A stretch of DNA of 64,000 bases from Candidatus Woesebacteria bacterium (GTDB lineage Bacteria > Patescibacteriota > Microgenomatia > UBA8517). Of the stretch, positions 27,594 through 38,500 are shown one piece after another (the stretch's first letter is position 1; every line of letters begins with the position of its first letter). The stretch spans positions 237,226-301,225 of the forward strand of contig OY970314.1 in the NCBI GenBank assembly GCA_963716475.1, written 5' to 3'. Position numbers and translations under genes: made by a program. Below the pieces are notes generated by a model, which ran no database searches, was not told the DNA's origin, and saw only the letters and a list, made by a program, of their open reading frames with translations.

Positions 27594-28859
27594 TTATATA
27601 GGCTTGAGGGTTTTAAATAACAATTTTTGTATTTTGAAAATAAAAGTCTCAGTCCGGCGTTTTAAAATCACAGTTATGGGGCTTCCGTCCGGCGGATTTG
27701 TTATTCCTGCGGGGTAGTATCCGTCTGCGCTGATATTGGCCTTAACACCGGGTGTATCGTAAGGAAGATAAAATTGTCCGGAGCTTCCGGAAATTACGGT
27801 ATTATCTTGACTGACAATAGTTGCTCCGGAAATCCCCCGGCCTGCCTCGTTAATAAGCACTCCTTTCAAAACACTTGGCGTAAAGAAGTTTTTAAGTACA
27901 GCCGCTCCTTGTCTTCCCGTTCCGTTATCATTCCAAATTTGAGTAGTGCCGCCGAACCCTGTCCAATAATTGATACCGATAAGATTATGGTTATTTGCAA
28001 GTAGGGTTAAGGCGGAATTAATCCAATCCGCCTGTTGGGCTTCCGTTAAATTACCCTGTATTGAAGGAATCGGAACGCCGAATTCTCCTAAAACTACCTT
28101 GCCTCCGGAGGAGGTTGCAATATCCGTAATTCCCTGGTTAAGCTGCCCGGGTGTGGGAACGTAATGGTCAATAACTACTACTCCCCCAAGAGCCTGGGTT
28201 GTGGCCGGGTCCATCACAAGGCGGGCAACATCCGCGTTCATTGGAAAATAATTTGTAGTTACGTTCTTGCCGATCTGAGCCATTGCATCCCTGGAAATCT
28301 GGTACTCGTCTATTAAAAATTGCCTGTGTCCTGCCACATCTCCTGTTTGCCTGGGGTCCCCCGGACCTCCGTTTTCGCATTCAGTGCAGGCCGTAAAAAT
28401 ATCTCCGTCGGCAAATAGATTTCCGTTATCCAGAATAAATTGCTTGAGCATAGTCTCATGCAGGGTCCTTGTTATTGGAGGGTAATTAAACCATCCTTCC
28501 CAGCCTGCGAAGTTGCCCCTGAACCAGACATTGAGGTTATATTTACGGGCCGCGTCCACCCACCTTTTTAAAAACGGAATAAATTCGGAGTCATAAGGAG
28601 TTCCGATTGCAATGTAGTTGGCACCGGTTCCCGCGATGGCTTTGACCTGGGTGTCGATGGTTGCGTCGAAAACAGGGTCTCCCGCGTACTGTCTGGCCAG
28701 GTCGCGGCTAAATTTAACGGTATCAACCGACTGCACCTGCCAAAAATGCGCAGGGTAATCGCCGGGAACCACAGGGTTCTTTTTAAAGACGATAACGGTA
28801 CCAATAATTATTATCAGTACAATACAAATGACGGTTAGTATGATGTTAGTTTTTCGCAT
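27594..28859 (-). CDS. membrane-anchored putative glycoside hydrolase (TIM-barrel, GH5/GH113-like) with C-terminal CarboxypepD_reg-like domain
   Basis: N-terminal TM; candidate acid/base and nucleophile Glu (TECENGG, VVLGEFG); C-terminal beta-sandwich-like region GVLINEAGRGISGATIVSQDNTVISGSSGQFYL. Confidence 0.5.
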   Translation of the reverse strand: MRKTNIILTVICIVLIIIIGTVIVFKKNPVVPGDYPAHFWQVQSVDTVKFSRDLARQYAGDPVFDATIDTQVKAIAGTGANYIAIGTPYDSEFIPFLKRWVDAARKYNLNVWFRGNFAGWEGWFNYPPITRTLHETMLKQFILDNGNLFADGDIFTACTECENGGPGDPRQTGDVAGHRQFLIDEYQISRDAMAQIGKNVTTNYFPMNADVARLVMDPATTQALGGVVVIDHYVPTPGQLNQGITDIATSSGGKVVLGEFGVPIPSIQGNLTEAQQADWINSALTLLANNHNLIGINYWTGFGGTTQIWNDNGTGRQGAAVLKNFFTPSVLKGVLINEAGRGISGATIVSQDNTVISGSSGQFYLPYDTPGVKANISADGYYPAGITNPPDGSPITVILKRRTETFIFKIQKLLFKTLKPI

Positions 28860-28876
28860 ATTTCATTTTGGTAGGA

Positions 28877-30511
28877 CTATTTCTGTTTTCCGAGAACGGG
28901 AGTGTAATTAAGGCCTGAAAGGTACTGCGGGTCAATTTCATAAACGTCTGCAAAGGGATAACTTGACACCAGATGGTATTTGGCAAATCCCGGGGCGTTA
29001 GCGATTGCTTTATATGTTAAATCGTTATTATCATAAGTTCTCATCACGATCCAGCGTGCCCATTTGTCCGGCCGGGCAAGTGCGTTTGTCCAGTATAGCC
29101 CCGTTCCTTCATGAATAAACCTGCTCATGGGTAGACCTGAGGAGAATATGATAGCGTCATGACTGGCAACGGAGATTAATATAAAGCCCGGCTGATTCCC
29201 TGCGGCCTGGTTTAGATATCCGGCTACCTGACTGACGTTTTTCTGGGAGCTGCCCACCCTGGCGTCATCAATTGTAACGGCGTCGCCGTTTCTAAAAGCA
29301 AAGAACATTATGAATGCGTAAAGTCCTATTAAAACCCAACGCAGGTTTTTGACTCTTCCTATCAGGTAGCCGATAAATACCGCAAAAGCCGGCATCATCA
29401 TAATTCCGTAGCGGATGTTAAACCAGGTGTTACCGGAAATCCCCTGGACAAAAAGAACTGAAAAGCCCATAACCAGGGCCAATATATTAAAAACAAGGGG
29501 GGCCGCAAGAGATACCGTAGCAAGGCGCGTTGACCCTTTAATATTCTTGTCGGACCAAAGTAAGATTCCGGCAATAAATCCCAATCCCGCCACAAAAGTA
29601 ATACAGTTATAGAGAATTGCATACAAATAAATTTGACCGGACAGGAGAAGGTTGCCTTTAGTCGGCAGATTGCCGGCCGCCAGAAGCTGCATCTGCTGGG
29701 CATGTGCGGAAAAAGGACCCAGTACAAAATAAAGCGGATCTTTAAAAATGGCTGCGTTCCAGCCAAACCAGAGAACGATTCCGACTGCCCCCATGGTAAG
29801 AAAAAGAATCGTAAGCCCTTCGGCTACTTTATAACCCCGGTTTTTCCAGGTTGAAATTGCCACAATTGCTGTTGCAAAGAGAAGAAGAAACCAGCCGTCG
29901 TAACGCACGAGAGTGGAAAGCATAATCCAGAGAGAGGTCTTCATTAAATTAAGTAAGGATTTATCCTCCGCCCAGCAAATCAGGTAATAACAGCCGGCCG
30001 TCATGGTTGCGAGGAGTAAAAGCTCCGTCATTGCAGTGGATTGCAGGTATAAAATGTTGAGGTTGAGGGCAAAGACGGCAACTCCGGCAATACGGCCCAG
30101 TATATTTACATTCAGTTTCTCCAATATCTTATAGATGATGAGTCCGGTGGCAACAAAACTGATCATGTTCCAGATTGCTCCGGCAAACCCCGAGTGCCAG
30201 GCCCAATTATTCCAGACAAGAGGAATCATCAAAATATGATTAAGGGGCAGCCAGACGCTTCCGAGCTGGGCCAATCCCGGCTTGAGATTCTCTACAACCC
30301 TTCTGCCGATATCCAAGTGACTCCTTGCGTCGTTATAACTTAATCCCAAACCGTTTTGCAGAAATACATAGAAATAAGATATGGATAAGACACTTAAAAT
30401 CGCCGCAATCATCCAGAATATATTTCGTTTCAAAAATGAACGTAACTCAATAATCTGTTTTTTGGGAATCGCGAAATCAATAGATTTCTCGGTTGAATAT
30501 ATAGTTTTCAT
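28877..30511 (-). CDS. GT-C fold membrane glycosyltransferase (ArnT/PMT-like)
   Basis: 544 aa, about 11-13 TM helices; first extracytoplasmic loop carries an acidic/Arg motif (YNDARSHLDIGRRV) as in GT-C enzymes; large C-terminal soluble domain. Confidence 0.5.
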   Translation of the reverse strand: MKTIYSTEKSIDFAIPKKQIIELRSFLKRNIFWMIAAILSVLSISYFYVFLQNGLGLSYNDARSHLDIGRRVVENLKPGLAQLGSVWLPLNHILMIPLVWNNWAWHSGFAGAIWNMISFVATGLIIYKILEKLNVNILGRIAGVAVFALNLNILYLQSTAMTELLLLATMTAGCYYLICWAEDKSLLNLMKTSLWIMLSTLVRYDGWFLLLFATAIVAISTWKNRGYKVAEGLTILFLTMGAVGIVLWFGWNAAIFKDPLYFVLGPFSAHAQQMQLLAAGNLPTKGNLLLSGQIYLYAILYNCITFVAGLGFIAGILLWSDKNIKGSTRLATVSLAAPLVFNILALVMGFSVLFVQGISGNTWFNIRYGIMMMPAFAVFIGYLIGRVKNLRWVLIGLYAFIMFFAFRNGDAVTIDDARVGSSQKNVSQVAGYLNQAAGNQPGFILISVASHDAIIFSSGLPMSRFIHEGTGLYWTNALARPDKWARWIVMRTYDNNDLTYKAIANAPGFAKYHLVSSYPFADVYEIDPQYLSGLNYTPVLGKQK

Positions 30512-32043
30512 AGGTTTTTCGGATTTTTTCTTAAGGGAGTTAAGACGAGAGACAAACAGGCAATAATTATTGCTCCGGTAATAATTTCGTAATATTGGTA
30601 AGAAGTAAGAAATTTACTTAGGTAAGATTCATAAATAAATGATTTTGAAACACCCTGCCGCAGCTCGTAAATATTTCGGTCAAACGAATATCGTTGTACC
30701 TGCCCCGAGATTTGTTCGAGATTGGCAGCCTCAACCTGCGGTGGATTTGCACTCGAGGTAAGCGCCCCGGCCGTATTTACGATGACAGAGTAACCGAATA
30801 AGACCGAAAATATAATTAGCCGGAGACTGCTTGTCCGCCATTTATCAAGAAATGCCGCTATACAAATACCCCCCAGGCCGTAAAGCGGAATCAAATATCG
30901 TGAGCCAAAAGCCCAGCCTCCCCAGGGATCTCCCCAAAGTGCATAGAGGATAAGAGTTATCAGCATGACCGCTATTATTACGGAACCTATTTGGCGGTTT
31001 TTTCTGTAAATTACCCAGGCTCCGAGGATGCTTAAAAGTATCACCGGGGTAAATACGATAATTCCCCGATCCGGGCTGATAAGTTCCAGATAGAGACCGT
31101 TTACCAGATAACGTGATTGGAAGAAAGAGAGTGCCGATTTCGCAGGAGGTGTGTCAAAAGTTTTTTCAAGATCTGCGGTTACCGGCCGGGAATTTGCAGG
31201 ATTCCCGTTAGCGTCTATGTTTTTTACGGACTCTACCGTACCCGAAAATTGTAAAGGATTTTGATAGGATTTCAGGTTGAACCAGAGGAAAAATGCAAGC
31301 GGGACCAGAACCGTCAGAAAGCTAAATAAATGCCAAAGCTTTATTTTTAAATGGTAAGTCTTTGAAGTTTGTGTAAGGGTAAAATAATTCGCTAATGCCC
31401 AAATACCGATGGGGGCCATCAAAATGAGATTCGGATAGTCCAAAGGGATAGACATTGCGCACAGAAACCAGACCAGGGCGAGTGACCAGATCTTTTTGGA
31501 ACCGAGAAGTAAATAGAGACTAAGTAAAATCAGGAAAGTGGAGACGTGGTGCTGATAAAGAGTTACGGCATAATTAAATGCCGGTGTCGCAAACAGAAAC
31601 GTTAATGCACCAAGTGTAGACGCTACGGGATGAAAACCAAGTTTAACGGCAATTTGCCTGATTAGAAATACATTCAAGAGAGCAAAGATTGATATAACGG
31701 CATATGCTCCGAGCTGTGAACTTCCCAGAAGCTTACCGATTACATATCCCGGCATGACAATATAAGAAAGTCCCGGGGCGAATAGAGATACATAGTGGCC
31801 GTTAATATAACCAAGGTCAGGAATGGAGAACTGTGCGAGCGGAATAGAAAAGAAAAAGGATTTATTTTCCAGCAACGAATAGACCAACGCGAATCTCCCG
31901 CGCTCCGGTGAAAGTTCAAACGGACCATCACTTGTCCAGTAATTGGTATTAAGCGTATCCGGTGTGGGCGTTCCGATGTGTCCGCGCAAACTGAATAGTA
32001 GTATAACTGCCGCAAATATGAGGTATAGGTATTTGTTTTTCAT
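30508..32043 (-). CDS. GT-C fold membrane glycosyltransferase (paralog)
   Basis: 511 aa, polytopic; loop motif TSDGPFELSPERGRF after TM1; 4-nt overlap with the downstream gene suggests translational coupling. Confidence 0.5.
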   Translation of the reverse strand: MKNKYLYLIFAAVILLFSLRGHIGTPTPDTLNTNYWTSDGPFELSPERGRFALVYSLLENKSFFFSIPLAQFSIPDLGYINGHYVSLFAPGLSYIVMPGYVIGKLLGSSQLGAYAVISIFALLNVFLIRQIAVKLGFHPVASTLGALTFLFATPAFNYAVTLYQHHVSTFLILLSLYLLLGSKKIWSLALVWFLCAMSIPLDYPNLILMAPIGIWALANYFTLTQTSKTYHLKIKLWHLFSFLTVLVPLAFFLWFNLKSYQNPLQFSGTVESVKNIDANGNPANSRPVTADLEKTFDTPPAKSALSFFQSRYLVNGLYLELISPDRGIIVFTPVILLSILGAWVIYRKNRQIGSVIIAVMLITLILYALWGDPWGGWAFGSRYLIPLYGLGGICIAAFLDKWRTSSLRLIIFSVLFGYSVIVNTAGALTSSANPPQVEAANLEQISGQVQRYSFDRNIYELRQGVSKSFIYESYLSKFLTSYQYYEIITGAIIIACLSLVLTPLRKNPKNL

Positions 32044-32843
32044 ATTGAAATTCTGAGATTATTAATAGCGAAGCTGCGTAATTTTATTGCCAGGGTCGAG
32101 GATAATGCTTTAAATTCTATAAAGTCGAGTGTACGTGTTGTTCCGATTCTGGGAACATTTAACCGGTTAATCTTCGTATCCAATATTTTTTCATCCATGG
32201 AAAAACCAAGTGCGTAACCGCTTTTATCAACCAGTTGCAATATATCATTATTATATTTCCCCTTTGGATATGAAAAATAGCGTATAGGAATTTTTAGACG
32301 ATTCTCGAGCGCCAGCTTGCTGCCGCCGATTTCGCGGATCATTTGTTTCCGGTTACAGGTAGTTAAAATTGTGTGAGTAGCACCATGGCTACCGATTTCC
32401 CATCCGTCATTATGCAGGGAAAGTATCTGACTGTCCGACAGGAGCTTCTTCTGATTGCCTAGTTGGCTTCTGTCGGCATGCTCGACGTATGACAAAACGA
32501 ACAGAATCGGTTTAACACGATATTGCCTGAATAATTCTTTTGCCTGAAAAATATCGGCATAGCCGTCATCAAATGTTATTAGAAACTTGGGCTTAATCCA
32601 TCTTTTTTTGCCCTTTAAGTATGCTTCAAGATCCTGCGCGGTTGCCGGTTCAAAGTTTTTAGACATGTATTCAATCTGACGCCCGAGTGTTTCAAGGCTG
32701 ATACCGAATTTCCAGTTATCGTCCCCGACGCTATGGAAACATAAAACCACAAAATCGGGCCTCGTCAACCCCAGTAAACTATTCACGGCGTAGATGCACC
32801 TATTGATAACCTTACGGATAGTAATGAGCATATTTGTTTTCAT
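32040..32843 (-). CDS. polysaccharide deacetylase (NodB homology domain)
   Basis: FLITFDDGYADIF motif, HSVGDD and HGATHTIL His boxes. Confidence 0.75.
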   Translation of the reverse strand: MKTNMLITIRKVINRCIYAVNSLLGLTRPDFVVLCFHSVGDDNWKFGISLETLGRQIEYMSKNFEPATAQDLEAYLKGKKRWIKPKFLITFDDGYADIFQAKELFRQYRVKPILFVLSYVEHADRSQLGNQKKLLSDSQILSLHNDGWEIGSHGATHTILTTCNRKQMIREIGGSKLALENRLKIPIRYFSYPKGKYNNDILQLVDKSGYALGFSMDEKILDTKINRLNVPRIGTTRTLDFIEFKALSSTLAIKLRSFAINNLRISI

Positions 32844-32845
32844 AA

Positions 32846-33751
32846 TTATTTTGACGATCCCGCCAGTTCCCAGGTATTACCGATAACCGCTTTCTGATTA
32901 GAAACGGCAAATGTGTATAGAAATACAAACGGATAACAAATGGCGGCAAGAGGTGCTTTTATAAACATTTTTAGCCCCTCGGTTATGCAGAGAGCGGCGG
33001 GCCAGGCGTTTTGGTTTTGGACAAAGCCGGTTCCGAAGAAATCTTTCATAATTTTTACGGAATGTAAGTAGCGTACGCTTTGTTTTCTATTGTCCCCTAG
33101 AGTTGCCGGAATCCGGTAAAATATTTCGGTGTTTTTTACAAACGCGTATTTAAACCCGTTTTTAATTGCATAAAGGTAGGAAAACATATCCTCGCCATAA
33201 CTGAAAGGAAAATTTATCGATTTATATAGCCGTTTGGAAAAAGCCCTGGCTTGTCCGTGGCAGGTATATAAGTTCATACCCTTTTTGTATTTTTCAAAGA
33301 CACCGGACCGGTAAACGGCACCGAGGGTAAGCACTCTACTTACAAAATTCGAATTGTATAATTCGGACACCTTGCATGAAGTCAGATCAGATTCCCCGTC
33401 TATAATAGGTTTAGCCAATTTTATAAGGAAATCTTTGTTCCTGATCGATATATCGCCGTTCAGGACTATTAGAATATCGGACCCGGTCTTATGAGTAATT
33501 TGGTTCAGACCCCGGGCTATTCCCATCCGCTTTTTATTTTTTATTACGTGTATTAACGGACTTTTTATGGCCCGGATGGTTCCGACCGTATTATCAGTTG
33601 ATCCGTCGGACGAAACAATAATCCTATCTATCTTGATACCATCCTTATCCTGCTTAAGAAGCGCTCTTAAGAGCCGGCCTATGTTTTTTTCTTCATTAAA
33701 TGCAGGTATGCCGACGGTTAGCGTTTTTAAATGTTTGGATTTTTTTGGCAT
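32846..33751 (-). CDS. glycosyltransferase family 2
   Basis: VGIPAFNEEKNIGRLLRALLKQ...IIVSSDGSTDNT, the GT2 DxD/rossmann N-terminus. Confidence 0.8.
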   Translation of the reverse strand: MPKKSKHLKTLTVGIPAFNEEKNIGRLLRALLKQDKDGIKIDRIIVSSDGSTDNTVGTIRAIKSPLIHVIKNKKRMGIARGLNQITHKTGSDILIVLNGDISIRNKDFLIKLAKPIIDGESDLTSCKVSELYNSNFVSRVLTLGAVYRSGVFEKYKKGMNLYTCHGQARAFSKRLYKSINFPFSYGEDMFSYLYAIKNGFKYAFVKNTEIFYRIPATLGDNRKQSVRYLHSVKIMKDFFGTGFVQNQNAWPAALCITEGLKMFIKAPLAAICYPFVFLYTFAVSNQKAVIGNTWELAGSSK

Positions 33752-33752
33752 A

Positions 33753-34661
33753 TTAATCTTTTGTTGAGTTAATGCTGGCCCAGGTACCGTTTATAAGTTT
33801 TGGAGGATTGACATATTTTACTACACGTAAAATAACCTGAATCAGAAGTGCCGTGGGAAGTAGTACCGGAAAGCGGATAAAAGTTTTGAGTATCCCCATA
33901 ATTTTTCTGGATAGGGGCACTTTAAATTCCGGGTTTAAGTCCTCGGTAAAATATTCCTGCACAAGTTTCTTACCGCTGATGAAGCGTACGTTCTGTTTTA
34001 GATAATCCTTAAAATTACCGGCAAGCCTGGTGTAGACAATAGCTTTTGAAGCAAATTTAAATTTGATTTTTTCTTTCCTGGCCAGAAAATATAAATATTT
34101 TGCATCGACGATTAAGCCTTGCGGAAAGTAAACCGTATCGGCAAAATTTTTACGGAGTGCCAAAGCAAGTCCGTTACAATTGTGAACGGAATCACCGCCG
34201 TTCAGATCTTTTCGTGTTTCATACCAAAACTCCTGTGTAACTTCCGTGATTTGTTCGAAGAAACTACGTGGAGGAAAAATCGCATCCCTTCCGCTAGTCA
34301 ACCCCACTGCCCCATTTTTAAACTCTGCCACAAGTTGGTCCAATACATGGTTATCCGATAACATACAGTCTGCATCGAAGGTAACGACAATATCGCTTTT
34401 ATTGATTCTAAAGAGCTGGTTAAGACGGTTAGCTTTACCGACAGAAGTTTCCCCAATCAGACATTCAATTTTTTTGTACCGCTCTCCCATTTTCTTGACA
34501 ATTTGGGGAGTTGCATCCGTACATCCGTCGCAAATCACCAAAATCTTATCCAGCACAAAATTATCCTGTTTTTGAGTAACTATTGACCGTAAAAGAGATT
34601 CGATGTTTTTTGCTTCATTTTTTGCCGGAATCCCTATGGTTACTTTTAATTTTTTAGACAT
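33753..34661 (-). CDS. glycosyltransferase family 2
   Basis: IGIPAKNEAKNIESLLRSIVTQ...ILVICDGCTDAT; paralog of the upstream GT2. Confidence 0.8.
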   Translation of the reverse strand: MSKKLKVTIGIPAKNEAKNIESLLRSIVTQKQDNFVLDKILVICDGCTDATPQIVKKMGERYKKIECLIGETSVGKANRLNQLFRINKSDIVVTFDADCMLSDNHVLDQLVAEFKNGAVGLTSGRDAIFPPRSFFEQITEVTQEFWYETRKDLNGGDSVHNCNGLALALRKNFADTVYFPQGLIVDAKYLYFLARKEKIKFKFASKAIVYTRLAGNFKDYLKQNVRFISGKKLVQEYFTEDLNPEFKVPLSRKIMGILKTFIRFPVLLPTALLIQVILRVVKYVNPPKLINGTWASINSTKD

Positions 34662-35577
34662 ATATTTTGTTCATAAGCTGATTTTTTATTCCGGGGTTTC
34701 TCAAATTGAAAAAGGCCTGACGCAGTGCGATATAGGTTTGCAAATGCTTATTTATTTGCTTTTTAGACACTTTATTAATTGAACGCATCCAAAAATCTTT
34801 TGATTGTGTAACGGCAAGATAATTTAAATCAAAATTGGGAAACGTGGTACCGGCTTCTTCCCAGTCGATTAGCCAAATTTTTCCATTTGTATTGATAATA
34901 TTGTCGGGCGATAGGTCTCCATGCATAAAGACTTTTTTAATACTCCGGTTTTTGTAAAACCAAAGCCAGGAGGCCGCTGCCGTCTTTATAATTTCCTTCG
35001 ATTTTTTTGGCTCATTAATGCAAAGTATTAGCGTATAAAACGGCAATGAAAGTATAGGGCTAACGCCTGCAGCTTTTATTGATTTATCGCGGCTTATGAA
35101 GTTTGACCAGTATCCGACTGAGCCGATTACTTTTTCCATGACCCTTTTTTGAACAGCCTTGTTATAAGAAGTTAAGCGTCGGCCCTTGATGTAAGGGTAG
35201 AAAACCGCAAACAAATTATTTTGCTCGATAGTATCGTGAATGTACGGAATGAATATTTCCTGCTTCCTTTTACTGAATATTTTACTTTTTAACATTTCAA
35301 TAACACGGGACTCATTTTTTAGGTTGTAGTAGTTAATATCTAAAATTTTTCCACGCCATACTTTTGCGAAATAATCTGATTTTCCGTCACTATAAATACC
35401 AAAAGAGAAATTTTCACTCTCTTTCAAATTCTTCTCCAGTTTGTATTTGCCAAGTCTATGAGGCAGCCGGGGGATTTTATTGTCGACTATCCTGTTTATC
35501 AATAGAGCCATATACAGCCATAAAGTAAAATAGGGGTATTTTTTTTGCATATTATGTAGCTCCTTTAAATAGTTCAA
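34654..35577 (-). CDS. protein-kinase-like fold phosphotransferase (APH/CotS/sugar-kinase-like)
   Basis: Catalytic loop HGDLSPDNIIN and DWE motif (Mg-binding Asp) typical of the aminoglycoside/choline-kinase superfamily. Confidence 0.5.
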   Translation of the reverse strand: MNYLKELHNMQKKYPYFTLWLYMALLINRIVDNKIPRLPHRLGKYKLEKNLKESENFSFGIYSDGKSDYFAKVWRGKILDINYYNLKNESRVIEMLKSKIFSKRKQEIFIPYIHDTIEQNNLFAVFYPYIKGRRLTSYNKAVQKRVMEKVIGSVGYWSNFISRDKSIKAAGVSPILSLPFYTLILCINEPKKSKEIIKTAAASWLWFYKNRSIKKVFMHGDLSPDNIINTNGKIWLIDWEEAGTTFPNFDLNYLAVTQSKDFWMRSINKVSKKQINKHLQTYIALRQAFFNLRNPGIKNQLMNKIYV

Positions 35578-38500
35578 GCGTTTGCGACGCGCTTTTATCC
35601 CAGTCGAAATTTCCCGACCACCTGACGGATTCCTTAGACATTTTTCTCCTCAAACCCGGATTTTCGAGAAGCCGCAGGATATTTCTTGTAAATTCGTCAA
35701 CGTCTCCGTATGAAACAAGAAATCCGCTGTGCGGATTATGAACAGCATCTCTTAGGCCCGCGACGTTACTGGCAATTACGGGAGTTCCGCAGGCATTTGC
35801 TTCAATTGTGGTAATTCCCCAACCTTCAATAAGCGACGGATTAACAAACACCCAGGCTTTTTGGTAGAGATTAACTTTCTCTTTTTCGCTAACTTTTCCT
35901 GTAAAAGTAATCTTGTGATCAAGGTGGAGTTTTTTGGTAAGTTTCATAAGGTTTCTCTTTTCGTCGCCGTCGCCTGCAATTACAAATTCAACCGTCGGCA
36001 TTCTTCTTAATATCTTTTTGGCACTTTTAATGAATATAGGAATACTTTTTTGCGGACTGAGCCTGCCTAGGTATAAAACCATGGGACTGACTGATTTCCT
36101 GCCGGGTTTATATATATTTGAGTCAACGCCGTTGTAAACCACATAAGGCTCGTTTTGTGAGATGTTGTGCTCCAAAATATCGGCTTTAGATGACGGTGAC
36201 ACAGTCATTACCTGCGTGTTTCTGTATACCGCCGGCATAGCATATTTTTCAAGAATCATTCCGATCCATGAGAGCGGCGGCTTTAGCCTGATGCGGAAAA
36301 CGTCCTGATGAACATGGTGAATTAAAAGGAATATTTTTTCTTTCGCATAAAGAGGCGTGAAAAAAGGAATTCCGTTTTCCGAATCTATAATTAAATCAAA
36401 ACGGCCTCTGAATTTGAATACATAATATAGAAATGCCCAGATAAATACTGTATAGAATCCTCCGCGGCGGATTATATTTATTCCGTCAATCTGTTCGTTT
36501 CTGGGTGACTTGTGGTCGTCCCCGCAGAATAGTGTGACTTCATGACCCTGCCTTACCCAGCGTTTGGCCAATTCGTGAACATAGACTTCCGCCCCGCCGC
36601 TCCAGACGTGTTTTGTATCGCGCCAGTTGAAGACTAAAATATTGAGTTTATTTTTATTGATAGCCGTAAGAGGCGCCGGCGCCGGTGTAAAAAGTCCCAG
36701 TAGGTCTAGCGTATTTCTGGAAACAGATTGCAGTTTTCGGTAGTTAATATGAACGGAAAGCATCGCAGCAAAGTAAGCAATTCCTCCGATAAACATGACA
36801 TCCACAATTTCGGAAATATTTGCATGGAAGACAAACATTCCTATTATTTGAAGCAATGAAAACATAAATCCAAAATACGGCAACATATGTTCGCCTTTGG
36901 ATTGGTGGTAAAGAATTATGCTAAGGGCTGATGTTTGGAATACCATGGCCAGTGAATAAAGAGGCAGAAAAGGTGTAACCGAGAGAATTTTGGGACCAAA
37001 AAGTATTGGCGCAGTAAACTTTCCAAATACTCCGATACCTATAAACGCAATAAGCGATGATATGACTGTCGCTGTCAGAAGTTTATAAAAAGTAGATTCG
37101 GACTTTTCCCCTTTACCCTCATGCCTGCTAATTAGCGGGATTATAAAGGGTGTAAACTGCGACCCGAAGAAATAAATCATTTTTCCCGTCAGTGAAAGGA
37201 GCGTATAGCGGCCCGCGTCTGCCGGGCTCAGGAAAAGTTTTGCAAGAATTACGTCGAATGTTAAAAATGCTATAACCGACAGATTATTAACGAATGTCGA
37301 AGTGAAAAATCTCTTTGGGAACGTTTCAGGTACGGCCAGCTGAACGCCCTCTTCCCTACTCTTTATGTGACTGGCGAAATACCAGCCTACTATGAAAGAA
37401 ATGAGCAGTGATGCCGGAATTGCCAGATAAACCAAATCATGTAATCCTATTTCTACAAAGAAAATTGAAAGTGATAGCTTAGTTAATGCGACAATTACCC
37501 CCATGAACCCGAAAACAATAAAAAGAAGATTCCCGTTGATGAATCCGGAATCAACCGCATTGGCGAGGCCGATGACCCAAATGGGAACAAAAATTATAAA
37601 AGGAACAATAGTATCGGATTTGAATACGTGTTGAAGAACGGGAGTTAGTAGCAGCCAGACTGTTGCCAGAACGATAGAAACTTTAATACCGTCTTTTCTG
37701 GTTTTTGCCCAAAATCTTTTGGCGGGTGTATCGTTCTTGCCGAGAAGGAAAGCGCTCTTATGAGTAACGGAGTTTGATAAGGCGCTAAAAGGAACCGTTG
37801 CCAGGTATAGGAAGCTTCCAACGAGACCCACCATTCCGAAATCTTCAAGGCTAAGTTTGCGGCCAAGATAGGCGTTATATAAAAAATTTAAAGCATTCTC
37901 AAACATCGTCGCCCCGATCAGAAATGCCCCTGAGAAATATTCTGATTTCACCAGAGTCTTTATTCTTGCGATTCCGGGTATTCTGAGATTTTTAATAAAA
38001 TTGAACTCAAAACTTTTTGCTACTTCTTCTTTAACTTTTACCCTGTCCAGTCCATGGATTGTCTTTTCCCAAAAATGAGGTTTGACGAGCAACTGGTAGA
38101 ATGCAACAAACGCCCCGATACTAGTTAGGAGCCAGTAAAACGGAACCAGGAAAACATATTTTATTATGCTCCACTCTTCTCTCTTGGCTGCGCCGATCAT
38201 GTAGTAGTAGAGGTAAAGAAAATTGCCGAAAACTGCAGAAAACACGGCCATATAAAATATCGAAGGCGGATATAAAGCCTCGATCTGGGGACCGACAAAT
38301 TTATAAAGCAGAAAGTAAGCTGCGGTCATAGCCCACAGAAAAGGATTTATCAGCATAAAACCTACTCTAAGACCCGAAACCAGCTGGAAGATTAAAGAGT
38401 GCACCCGTTTTTCCTTGGCGAAGCTTAGGGGATTTCGCATCTGGACAAAATATGTTTGCATGTAGCCCTTGAGCCACCTACTCCTTTGGCGTATCCAGTT